Source: Burkholderiales bacterium
Lineage (GTDB): Bacteria > Pseudomonadota > Gammaproteobacteria > Burkholderiales > Usitatibacteraceae
Reading direction: 5' to 3'
Length of the DNA stretch: 40,814 nucleotides
Assembly: GCA_025350945.1 (NCBI GenBank)
Contig: JANXWW010000374.1
Coordinates: 1 to 40,814, forward strand
The notes under the pieces were generated by a model, which saw nothing but the letters and a program-made list of their open reading frames with translations, was not told where the DNA came from and made no database searches. Positions 1 through 8,346 of this stretch are shown here, one piece after another. Each line of letters opens with the position of its first letter. Positions within the stretch are counted from its first letter, which is position 1. Made by a program: the position numbers and the translations under genes.

Positions 1-432
1 CTCGGTGCGTTGTTTACCGTGCTCTCGGTGTTCGCTTCCTGCGCGGGCAGCATGATGGCCACACGCACGCAAAAGCTGGGCTATCCAATATGGACGAGCA
101 TGGCCTGGGGCATGTTTTATGGCGGCGTGCTGGCGTTGTTGTTTGGGCTGCTGATGGGGCGCTCGATCACATTTTCTATTACGCCGGGCTATGTGTTGTC
201 ACTCGTTTATTTGGCATTTCTAGGCTCGATTGTCACTTTCGGCTGCTATCTCACCCTGATGGGTCGCATTGGCGCTGCACGCACGGCTTACATTGGCGTG
301 ATGGTGCCGATTGTGGCGCTCATCATTTCGTTTTTCTTTGAAAAATTCGCGTGGGGTTATTTAACGACCGCCGGCGTTACCTTGTCGATTATGGGCAATA
401 TCATCATGCTGCGCGGCGCTAAATCCGTCTAG
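1..432 (+). CDS. EamA/DMT-family transporter, C-terminal part (5' end outside window)
   Basis: Frame 1 is open from base 1 to TAG 430-432. The translation has multiple hydrophobic helices with an EamA-type G-rich pattern (LAFLGSIVTFGCYLTLMGRIGAARTAYIGVMVPIVA). Confidence 0.7.
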   Translation, partial: LGALFTVLSVFASCAGSMMATRTQKLGYPIWTSMAWGMFYGGVLALLFGLLMGRSITFSITPGYVLSLVYLAFLGSIVTFGCYLTLMGRIGAARTAYIGVMVPIVALIISFFFEKFAWGYLTTAGVTLSIMGNIIMLRGAKSV

Positions 433-700
433 ATTTGCACGCAAATACGGCAAGATTTCAAACGGCTCCCGTGAGCGGTTTGTCAATATCTGTGAAATCC
501 GGGAATCAAAGGGGTCGAATTCCCTACAATCGGGCATAGCTTGTGAACTGGCTCACTGTGACGCAATAGTGTGATCGATACCATGGCTGTTCTGATTGAC
601 ATCTATTTGGTAACACTTTCACCATGCTCTCCATCCGCCACAGCGGCTCTATCGTTACGTTAGTTGAATCGATAGAACGCCCAACCTATTCTCATTGCGA

Positions 701-772
701 TGCGTATGTGTTTGCGCGTGTGTTTGCGCGTGTGTCTGCGCGTATGTCTGCGCGTGTGTCTGCGCGTGTGTA
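701..772. repeat. Tandem repeat, 12-nt unit TGCGCGTGTGTY x6 (degenerate 7th unit to 784)
   Basis: Read directly: units at 701-712, 713-724, 725-736, 737-748, 749-760 and 761-772, with 0-2 mismatches each. Confidence 0.95.
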
Positions 773-793
773 TGTGTCTCGTGGGAGAGTTTG

Positions 794-1954
794 TTGAGTT
801 CACTTGGCCGCATCGCCACGTTAATCGATGCGCTTGTATCGCAGCCTGCGCACGAGCAGCCCCGCGACCGCGCACGCACGCTTGCACATTTGGCGATGGA
901 GTATGCCTATGCTGGCTTGCCGCTTGACGGACTCTCAGCAGTGAAGGAGGCACTATCACTGGCAAACGCGCACGGCCTCACATTCGAGCGCGCTGAAGCG
1001 CTTGCCTCGGCGGCGATGTGTCACCACATGCGAGTCGATCACATGATGTCAATTGCCTGCGTTTTCGATGCTTATCAGGGCTTCGCCGCACTCAATGAAT
1101 ACGGGCGAATGGGGCATCAGCTCATCACGCTGGCGGCTGCTTGTCGGGATTTACAGGCGCATGATCTGGCGGAGGCAGCGGTGCGCGGCTGCCTTACTAT
1201 TGCTGAACAGATCAACGACAAATTGCTGGAAGCGCGCAGCCATAACGTGCTCGGCCTCACGCTTACCGATAGCCAGCGCTTTGATGAGGCGGAGCGAGAA
1301 TTTGTATTGTCGCGCGATTGTTTGATTACGCACGGCGAATTGATTCACGTGCCAAAAGTGACGGCCAATATCGGCGTGCTGTTTCAACGCCGCGCCGAAG
1401 CCGCCTTAAGCGCAGGCGACAAGGCAGGGTCAGAAAGATTATTGAAACAAGCAATTGATCATATCCGTGAAGGCCTTCAGGCTGCGTTAAGTGACGACAA
1501 TAAATTCGAAATCGCGGACAAAACCGGTTCGATTGGTCAGTATTATTTTTTGCTGAACGATTTCGCTACGGCGCGCATATTGGTCACGCAGTCGCTGGAG
1601 ATGGGCCTTGATTTAAAACACGCCCGCCTGATTGTGGACGGACAACTTTGGCTGGGGCAGATCGAATCGGGAGCCAAACAGTTTTTGCTGGCCGAAACAC
1701 ACCTTCGCGCCGCCATTGATCGCGCCCGACAAGCAGGTCTGCGCTCGCTCCAGCAAGCCGCACATGAAAAACTTTCGCTATGCTATTTGGCGATGGAACG
1801 CAACGAAGATGCGGCTGCGCAGGCCGCGCTTTCAGTTGATCTGCGCATGTCGTTTAATCAAGCCAACGTGGAGGCACAGCGTGAACTTAGAATGATGTGG
1901 CACGAGCATCTTTCGCATCATCCGATGATGCGCGGCAAAGACAAAAACGTTTAA
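794..1954 (+). CDS. All-helical TPR-like repeat protein, function unknown
   Basis: The ORF is open from 695. Protein-like sequence begins at LLSSLGRIATLIDAL. GGGAGAG (783-789) precedes TTG 791/794. Everything upstream in the ORF is a translation of the 12-nt repeat. ATG 895 is an alternative start. The helix-turn-helix repeat texture resembles TPR, and no DNA-binding domain was recognised. Confidence 0.55.
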   Translation: MSSLGRIATLIDALVSQPAHEQPRDRARTLAHLAMEYAYAGLPLDGLSAVKEALSLANAHGLTFERAEALASAAMCHHMRVDHMMSIACVFDAYQGFAALNEYGRMGHQLITLAAACRDLQAHDLAEAAVRGCLTIAEQINDKLLEARSHNVLGLTLTDSQRFDEAEREFVLSRDCLITHGELIHVPKVTANIGVLFQRRAEAALSAGDKAGSERLLKQAIDHIREGLQAALSDDNKFEIADKTGSIGQYYFLLNDFATARILVTQSLEMGLDLKHARLIVDGQLWLGQIESGAKQFLLAETHLRAAIDRARQAGLRSLQQAAHEKLSLCYLAMERNEDAAAQAALSVDLRMSFNQANVEAQRELRMMWHEHLSHHPMMRGKDKNV

Positions 1955-1957
1955 AAC

Positions 1958-2443
1958 TCACGGCTTCGGATAATTTCCCTTATCCATAAATCCCTCAAGT
2001 GAAGCGCGGGCTTTGCGCCGTACAAACGCTTTGAGCGGCCACGACCAACCCAATAGTTTGCCTATTGGCCCCAGCGCCTGTGATGACCAGCGCCAGAACG
2101 AAAATCGATCCACATGACGAATAATTTTTCCATCGCGAAACGCGAATACCGCGCTGATTTTGTTGTGCACTAGATTGCCGGTTTGCGAGAATATATATTT
2201 TGCATCCCACTGCGCGCGACCACCTTCTGCGTCCGCAGAAGCGTTTACCAGGATGATTTCAAAACCATCTTTCGCGCGTGAGGTCAGCATCGCCCACATG
2301 GCCGTCGCCTCAGCGCCGCGCAACATCGGAAACGCCGGATCGGAAAACGCAATATCCGGGTGATAACAACGCGCCATCGCTGCCGCATCTTTATTCGCAA
2401 ACGCCTGATAAAAATCGCGGATTATTTTTTCATGTGCATGCAT
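1958..2443 (-). CDS. SnoaL/NTF2-like (ketosteroid-isomerase-fold) protein
   Basis: 161-aa ORF. The N-terminus IIRDFYQAFANKDAAAMARCYHPDIAFSDPAF is typical of SnoaL-like domains. It converges on the TPR gene with a 3-nt gap. Confidence 0.7.
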   Translation of the reverse strand: MHAHEKIIRDFYQAFANKDAAAMARCYHPDIAFSDPAFPMLRGAEATAMWAMLTSRAKDGFEIILVNASADAEGGRAQWDAKYIFSQTGNLVHNKISAVFAFRDGKIIRHVDRFSFWRWSSQALGPIGKLLGWSWPLKAFVRRKARASLEGFMDKGNYPKP

Positions 2444-2476
2444 ATTGTTGCCTTTGCGCTGGAAAGTATATTAACG

Positions 2477-2512
2477 TCGATTGTTGATTCGATTGTTGAT
2501 TCGATTGTTGAT
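2477..2512. repeat. Perfect tandem repeat, 12-nt unit TCGATTGTTGAT x3
   Basis: Read directly: 2477-2488, 2489-2500 and 2501-2512 are identical. Confidence 0.95.
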
Positions 2513-2577
2513 TATGTGGCCCAGATGGTAGACGTCAATCAAAACAAGCCGTATACGTTATTCTAGTTGTTGCTCAT

Positions 2578-2633
2578 CATGGTTGTGAGCACATGGTTAT
2601 AAGCACATGGTTATAAGCGCATGGTTGTAAGTA
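2578..2633. repeat. Tandem repeat, 14-nt unit CATGGTTRTRAGYR x4
   Basis: Read directly: CATGGTTGTGAGCA, CATGGTTATAAGCA, CATGGTTATAAGCG, CATGGTTGTAAGTA. Confidence 0.9.
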
Positions 2634-2711
2634 ACAAAGCAGATTCATACTTTGCGCATACCAACATTCAGTCGCATTGAACGCTATAGAAAATAATGAG
2701 GAGTCATACCG

Positions 2712-4382
2712 ATGATGAGTGATATTGACATTGCGCAGCAAGCGAAGATGGTCAAGATCGCCGAGATCGCCCACAAACTGGGCATCCCGGAAGATGCGCT
2801 TGAGCCTTATGGCCGCTACAAGGCGAAAGTGTCACTCAATTATGTTGACAGCGTGAAAAACAAAAAAAACGGCAAACTCATTTTAGTCACCGCCATCTCG
2901 CCGACGCCAGCAGGTGAGGGAAAAACCACGACCACCGTGGGTTTGGGCGACGCGCTAAATCATATCGGCAAGAAGGCGATTATTTGTTTGCGTGAGCCAT
3001 CGCTCGGCCCGGTGTTCGGCATGAAGGGCGGCGCGGCAGGCGGTGGTTACGCGCAAGTGGTGCCGATGGAAGAAATCAATCTGCATTTCACGGGTGATTT
3101 TTCAGCGATCGCACTCGCCAATAATTTGCTCGCCGCGTTGATTGATAACCACATTCATCATGGCAATGAGCTTAATTTTGACGTGCGTCGCATCGCGTGG
3201 AAGCGCGTGGTGGATATGAATGATCGGGCGTTGCGCCAAATTACTGTTTCGCTCGGTGGCCCGGGCAATGGCTATCCGCGTGAAGATGGTTTCGATATCG
3301 TCGTTGCTTCTGAAATTATGGCGATCTTTTGTTTGGCGACGTCAATCAAGGATTTGAAAGAACGCATCAGCAAAATCGTGGTCGGTTATACACGCGACCT
3401 CAAACCGATTCTGGCGAAAGATTTGCACGCGCAGGGTGCGATGACGGCGCTACTCAAAGACGCGATGATGCCGAATCTCGTGCAAACGCTGGAGAATAAT
3501 CCTGCCTTTATTCACGGCGGCCCATTCGCCAATATCGCGCACGGCTGCAACTCCGTCATCGCCACGCAGACGGCGCTAAAGCTTGGCGATTATGTGGTGA
3601 CCGAAGCTGGCTTTGGTGCAGATTTGGGCGCTGAAAAATTTATCGATATCAAATGCCGAAAATCAGGTTTGCGTCCGGATGCGGTCGTGCTGGTGGCGAC
3701 GATTCGCGCGCTGAAATTTCATGGCGGCATGGACGTGAAAGAAGTATCGAAAGAAAATGTAACCGCACTGGAAAAAGGTATCGTCAATCTTGAGCGTCAC
3801 GTTCACAACGTCATGCAAAACTATGGCCTGCCGTGTGTGGTGAGCGTGAATCATCGTACCCACGACACCGAGGCTGAAGTCAATTTCCTCACTGAGCGCT
3901 TATCAAAACTTGGTTGCAAAGTCGTGATCGCCAAACACTGGGCTGAGGGCGGCAAAGGCGCTGCCGAAGTTGCCAGGATTGTCGTGGATTTGTGTGAGCA
4001 GCCGAATAATTTTAAATTTGTCTACGAAGATGCGATGCCGCTCTGGGACAAAATGAAAACCATCGCTGTAAAAATTTATGGCGCGTCGGATATTGCGGCG
4101 GACGCAAAAATTCGCGGGCAAATCAAAAAATTACAGGAGGATGGTTACGGCCACTATCCCGTCTGTGTAGCCAAAACGCAGTATTCATTTTCCACCGACC
4201 CACAATTACGCGGCGCGCCGTCGGGCCACATTCTCACCATTCGCGAAGTGCGCTTGGCAGCGGGCGCGGAGTTTGTAGTGATGGTATGCGGCGACATCAT
4301 GACTATGCCGGGATTGCCAAAAGTGCCGTGTGCGAATTCGATTGATGTGGATGATGATGGGAAAATTGTGGGGTTGTTTTAG
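2712..4382 (+). CDS. fhs: Formate--tetrahydrofolate ligase
   Basis: 556 aa. Shows the full-length FTHFS signature ([10 protein letters not shown]..., P-loop [15 protein letters not shown], ...[10 protein letters not shown]...). GAGGAG at 2697-2702 precedes the ATG. Confidence 0.95.
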   Translation: MMSDIDIAQQAKMVKIAEIAHKLGIPEDALEPYGRYKAKVSLNYVDSVKNKKNGKLILVTAISPTPAGEGKTTTTVGLGDALNHIGKKAIICLREPSLGPVFGMKGGAAGGGYAQVVPMEEINLHFTGDFSAIALANNLLAALIDNHIHHGNELNFDVRRIAWKRVVDMNDRALRQITVSLGGPGNGYPREDGFDIVVASEIMAIFCLATSIKDLKERISKIVVGYTRDLKPILAKDLHAQGAMTALLKDAMMPNLVQTLENNPAFIHGGPFANIAHGCNSVIATQTALKLGDYVVTEAGFGADLGAEKFIDIKCRKSGLRPDAVVLVATIRALKFHGGMDVKEVSKENVTALEKGIVNLERHVHNVMQNYGLPCVVSVNHRTHDTEAEVNFLTERLSKLGCKVVIAKHWAEGGKGAAEVARIVVDLCEQPNNFKFVYEDAMPLWDKMKTIAVKIYGASDIAADAKIRGQIKKLQEDGYGHYPVCVAKTQYSFSTDPQLRGAPSGHILTIREVRLAAGAEFVVMVCGDIMTMPGLPKVPCANSIDVDDDGKIVGLF

Positions 4383-4496
4383 TTTTTTATAGCGCACCTG
4401 TTTTTGGAGCCGCATAAAAATTCATTGTTATGCCGAACCCAGCTTTCGGTGGTATCGGTTGAGGAATCTACTGTTTGAATTTACGCGCGTGACGAA

Positions 4497-4540
4497 AAAC
4501 GGGCAGTAGGTCAGCTTGCAAAGCTGCCTGACGCCCGTTT
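4497..4540 (-). terminator. Imperfect long hairpin in a convergent intergenic region; probable terminator of the Bug-family gene
   Basis: AAACGGGC (4497-4504) pairs with GCCCGTTT (4533-4540), and inner GTCAG (4510-4514) pairs with CTGAC (4528-4532). On the minus strand the stem runs into a T5 tract (the complement of AAAAA 4495-4499, partly overlapping the stem). It sits 60 nt past the stop of the minus-strand gene. Confidence 0.45.
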
Positions 4541-4600
4541 GCAAATAGTTGAGAATGTCAGATAGCTGCGCAACCTGACCTACGACTCACTAACCACTCC

Positions 4601-5575
4601 TTAATCAACCGTCGCCCCCGTTACCCGAATAACCTCTCCCCATTTAGCTGCCTCAGATGCCATCCATGCACGTAACGATTCCGGTGTTCCGCCACCCACT
4701 TCAATTCCTGCATCCGAAAATTTTTTCTTCACACTCGCATCCAAAAAAATCGCATTAATTTCAGCGTTCAATCGTGCCACGATTTCTTTCGGTGCGTCGC
4801 GCGGGGCGAGTAGTGCGTTCCACGAAATTGCTTCGAAGTTGGTCAGTGTGGCGATGCCCGACTCGGCCACGGTCGCGACATCGGGCAGCATAGCAAATCG
4901 TTTTGCACTGGTCACAGCAATCGCTTTTAGTTTGCCCGCCTTGATTTGCGCAAGCGCGTTGGCGGGTGCCGTGAATATGATCTGCACATCACCCGCAATC
5001 ACGGCCTGAATGGCGGGCGGGGCACCATTAAACGGCACATGCGCAATATCGATTGCCGCTTCGCGCTTCAACATTTCCATCGATAAATGTGACACCGAGC
5101 CATTGCCCACACTGGCGTAATTAAGTTTGCCGGGTTGCGATTTGGCAAGCGCTAAAAATTCTTTGAGGTTGTTGGCAGTAACGCTCGCGTTAACCACCAA
5201 CACATTTGGCTGCAAGGCCGTTAAGATGATGGGGGCGAAATCACGAAGCGGCGCGTAAGCCAGATTTTTATATAGTCCCGACGCATTCGCAAGTGGCCCG
5301 TTAAAGCCCATGTAAAGCGTGTAGCCATCGGGGATGGACTTGGCAACTTCGGCGGCGGCGATGGTGCCGCCCGCGGCGGGCTTGTTATCGATAATAATAG
5401 GTTGCTGAAGTTTTTCCTTTAACTTGTCGGCGATGACGCGTGACACAATATCGACAGAACTTCCGGCTGGGGCGGCGACAATAATGCGAATCGGCTTCTG
5501 CGGCCAATCAGCTTTAGCATGCTTTGGATAAAAACTGGTAATGACTAGCAACAAAAATACAAGAATGGTTTTCAT
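4601..5575 (-). CDS. Bug-family (TctC-like) tripartite tricarboxylate transporter substrate-binding protein
   Basis: 324 aa with a signal peptide, followed by WPQKPIRIIVAAPAGSSVDIVSRVIADKL, which is characteristic of the Bug/TctC family. Confidence 0.85.
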   Translation of the reverse strand: MKTILVFLLLVITSFYPKHAKADWPQKPIRIIVAAPAGSSVDIVSRVIADKLKEKLQQPIIIDNKPAAGGTIAAAEVAKSIPDGYTLYMGFNGPLANASGLYKNLAYAPLRDFAPIILTALQPNVLVVNASVTANNLKEFLALAKSQPGKLNYASVGNGSVSHLSMEMLKREAAIDIAHVPFNGAPPAIQAVIAGDVQIIFTAPANALAQIKAGKLKAIAVTSAKRFAMLPDVATVAESGIATLTNFEAISWNALLAPRDAPKEIVARLNAEINAIFLDASVKKKFSDAGIEVGGGTPESLRAWMASEAAKWGEVIRVTGATVD

Positions 5576-5639
5576 GAATGATTTTTATGAGAATTTGGTG
5601 GAATTTTTTGCATAACAAATAATACTTCAGGAGACTCGA

Positions 5640-6029
5640 ATGCTCGTTCCGGTCACCGCTATTTACGCTGCGCTGCTCGCCGCTTTTCTCGTTATTTTGT
5701 TATTTCCCGTTATCAAGCTGCGCAATAGTTTGCGCGTTGGCTTGGGCGATGGCGCTAAATCCGAGTTACAACAAGCGATGCGGGCACATGGCAACGCGGC
5801 TGAATGCATCCCGATTTTTTTAGTGTTACTGGCCATTTTTGAATTAAATCACGGGCCGGCGTGGGCGCTGCATATTTTTGGCGCGATGTTTTTACTCGCA
5901 CGTCTGGCGCATGCCGCAGGTTTGTATGCCACGTCGGGCGCGTCGAAAGGTCGTGTGGGCGGCATGGTTGTCACGATTATGGTATTACTTTTGTTGGCGA
6001 TTGCGAATGTGCTGCAGCTATTTCGCTAG
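5640..6029 (+). CDS. MAPEG-family membrane protein
   Basis: 129 aa with 3-4 TM helices and an RAHGNAAE.IP motif context typical of MAPEG/YecN-like proteins. AGGAG lies 7 nt upstream. Confidence 0.7.
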   Translation: MLVPVTAIYAALLAAFLVILLFPVIKLRNSLRVGLGDGAKSELQQAMRAHGNAAECIPIFLVLLAIFELNHGPAWALHIFGAMFLLARLAHAAGLYATSGASKGRVGGMVVTIMVLLLLAIANVLQLFR

Positions 6030-6031
6030 GC

Positions 6032-6526
6032 TCATTTCCATAAATAGGAAATGACAAAAATTCCGATCATCGTTAACGCCAAAGCGAGTTTCGCAAGCGC
6101 GCCAAATAACAGGCCGAGCCAAGTCGCCAGCCCCACTTTTCCGGCTTGGCCCAATTTTCGGCGCTCAATAAATTCGCCAATGACTGCGCCAACAAACGGA
6201 AAAATAAAAATCCCGATCAGGCCAAAAAATAATCCGACAATGCTGCCGATGGCAGCGCCCAGCAGTGCCAGTTTTGATGCGCCCGCGCGTTTTGCGCCGA
6301 ACATCGTGGCGACGAAATCAACGACTAAGGCCAGTGCCGTGAGCAGCGCCAGAATCGTTAATGTGGGCCAACCGATGCGTTGAAAATTATCAATCCATGC
6401 CGCCACCAACAAACCGCCAAATACAAACGGCACGCCCGGCAACATTGGCAATATGGTGCCAGCCAGGCCAAGGAGTACCAGTGTCCCCGCCAATATCCAC
6501 AGTAAATAAATTTCGTTTCCGGCCAT
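6032..6526 (-). CDS. DUF456-family membrane protein
   Basis: The ORF is open to 6667. The family-like sequence starts at MAGNEIYLLWILAG (ATG 6526, with AAGGA upstream). Contains PMLPGVPFVFGG...FGAKRAGAS...GAVIGEF, typical of DUF456. Confidence 0.7.
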   Translation of the reverse strand: MAGNEIYLLWILAGTLVLLGLAGTILPMLPGVPFVFGGLLVAAWIDNFQRIGWPTLTILALLTALALVVDFVATMFGAKRAGASKLALLGAAIGSIVGLFFGLIGIFIFPFVGAVIGEFIERRKLGQAGKVGLATWLGLLFGALAKLALALTMIGIFVISYLWK

Positions 6527-6745
6527 GGGTTTCCTTGAGCGTTGATGAGCGAGAGAATATTTGCAGAACAGCGCGCAAAGAATGTTTGCAAAACAGCAAG
6601 TAAAGTATGAATCAGATAGTGGCTGAAATCTGAAGTTCAAGTTTGCTGTTTGTTGCGTGCCCCGCATTAGCTAAATAACGGTAAGAACCACTTTTGATCG
6701 AAGACGAGAAAGACACGCAGGAGTTAGCTATGATAGAGATCATTA

Positions 6746-8257
6746 TTGGTGCACTCACTGGAATACTTTGCCATGGCCGCTGTTCTTGATATTCATTCTC
6801 CCATTTCTCGCGGTTTATTAATGACGAAACTGCGCGCAATTTTGCCACCGCATGCGCTGCTGACCGAGAAGGAAGATTTACTGCCTTACGAATGCGATGG
6901 CTTGTCTGCGTATCGCGAACTGCCGATGCTGGCCGTATTGCCATCGACTGTTGAAGAAGTGCAGGCAATCATGCGAGTCGCACATGACAACAATATAAAA
7001 GTGGTTGCGCGTGGCTCAGGAACCGGATTGTCAGGTGGTGCGACACCGCTTAACGATGGCATTTTGATGTCGATGGCGAAGTTCAACAAGTTTGTAAATG
7101 TCGATGCGCTCGCCCGTACCGCACGCGTGCAACCTGGTGTGCGCAATCAAAAAATTTCAGAAACAGTGGCGCCTTTAAATTTGTATTACGCGCCCGATCC
7201 CTCATCGCAAATCGCCTGCTCCATCGGCGGTAACGTGGCTGAGAATTCCGGCGGCGTGCATTGCTTGAAATATGGACTAACGGTACACAATATTTTTAGA
7301 ATTGAAATCGTCACCATCGAAGGCGAAAAAGCGATTATCGGCTCCGCAGCGCTTGATTCAGCCGGTTATGATTTGCTCGCATTGATGACGGGCTCGGAAG
7401 GCATGCTCGGCGTCACCACTGAGGTGACCGTCAAGCTGACCCCGAAGCCGCAATTGGCGCGCGTGGTGATGGCGAGTTTTGATGATGTCGAGCGCGCGGG
7501 CGATGCCGTGGCGAGTGTGATCGGTGCGGGCATTGTGCCGGCCGGCTTGGAGATGATGGATAAGCTGGCGACTGAGGCGGTGGAAGGTTTTGTGCATGCG
7601 GATTACGATGTGAACGCGGCCGCCATTTTGCTTTGCGAATCCGACGGCACGCCCGAAGAAGTGGAAGAGGAAATCGCCAAGATGGAAGCGGTGATGAAAG
7701 CCGCTGGTGCTACAGCCTGTCGCGTGTCGAACAGCGAGGCCGAGCGGATGAAATTCTGGTCAGGCCGTAAAGCCGCGTTCCCTGCTGTTGGCCGGATTTC
7801 GCCGGATTATTACTGCATCGATGGTTCGATTCCGCGTCGTGCGTTAGCTGCTGTGTTAAAGCGCACCGAAGAGCTGTCCATTAAATACAATTTGCGTTGC
7901 GCGAATGTATTTCACGCCGGTGATGGCAATTTGCATCCGCTGATTTTGTACGATGCAAATATTCCTGGCGAGTTGGAAAAAACCGAAGAATTCGCCGCCG
8001 ATATTCTGGAATTGTGCATCGAATATGGCGGCACGATTACCGGCGAGCATGGCGTAGGCATTGAAAAAATTAATCAGATGTGTAGCCAGTTTACCGACGG
8101 TGAACGCGAGACTTTTTTTGCCGTGAAGCGCGCCTTCGATAGCGACATGTTATTGAATCCAGGCAAAGCGATTCCATCGCTGGCGCGCTGTGCGGAGTAT
8201 GGTCGCATGCGCGTGCACAACGGGCAGCTGGCGCATCCTGACATTCCGCGGTTTTGA
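6746..8257 (+). CDS. glcD: Glycolate oxidase FAD-linked subunit GlcD (copy 1)
   Basis: Shows PYECDGLSAYR, RGSGTGLSGGA, APDPSSQ.ACSIGGNVAENSGGVHCLKYG and GGTITGEHGVGIEK. Colinear with E. coli GlcD as I remember it. The start is uncertain (TTG 6746 or ATG 6773). Confidence 0.85.
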   Translation: MVHSLEYFAMAAVLDIHSPISRGLLMTKLRAILPPHALLTEKEDLLPYECDGLSAYRELPMLAVLPSTVEEVQAIMRVAHDNNIKVVARGSGTGLSGGATPLNDGILMSMAKFNKFVNVDALARTARVQPGVRNQKISETVAPLNLYYAPDPSSQIACSIGGNVAENSGGVHCLKYGLTVHNIFRIEIVTIEGEKAIIGSAALDSAGYDLLALMTGSEGMLGVTTEVTVKLTPKPQLARVVMASFDDVERAGDAVASVIGAGIVPAGLEMMDKLATEAVEGFVHADYDVNAAAILLCESDGTPEEVEEEIAKMEAVMKAAGATACRVSNSEAERMKFWSGRKAAFPAVGRISPDYYCIDGSIPRRALAAVLKRTEELSIKYNLRCANVFHAGDGNLHPLILYDANIPGELEKTEEFAADILELCIEYGGTITGEHGVGIEKINQMCSQFTDGERETFFAVKRAFDSDMLLNPGKAIPSLARCAEYGRMRVHNGQLAHPDIPRF

Positions 8258-8346
8258 TGGCAACCGTTCTTTATGCGCATGATTAAAAATAAAAACTCTA
8301 GGATGAGCGTGCCGTTTGAGCCATTTATGGCTCGAAAGGCGCGCTA

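Noticed and set aside
695-790. A Cys/Val-rich N-terminal peptide (MRCVCVCACVCACVCAYVCACVCACVCV) that could be read as a metal-binding or RiPP-like precursor.
   Set aside because: It is simply the translation of the 12-nt DNA repeat; the other frames give equally periodic peptides (CLRV..., HAQT...). An SD plus TTG sits right after the array, and there are no modification enzymes nearby.
2444-2711. A possible ZTP (pfl-motif) or THF riboswitch in the fhs leader, since fhs is a common ZTP-regulated gene.
   Set aside because: I could not find the conserved core elements I remember (for example the CCGCCTGGGC-type 3' segment or the GGGTCGTGAC-type 5' segment). The region is dominated by tandem repeats instead.
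6527-6667. A long N-terminal extension of the DUF456 ORF (211 aa version).
   Set aside because: The first 47 codons are not family-like (Cys/Phe-rich, no TM logic). An internal ATG with AAGGA upstream gives a typical-length DUF456 protein.
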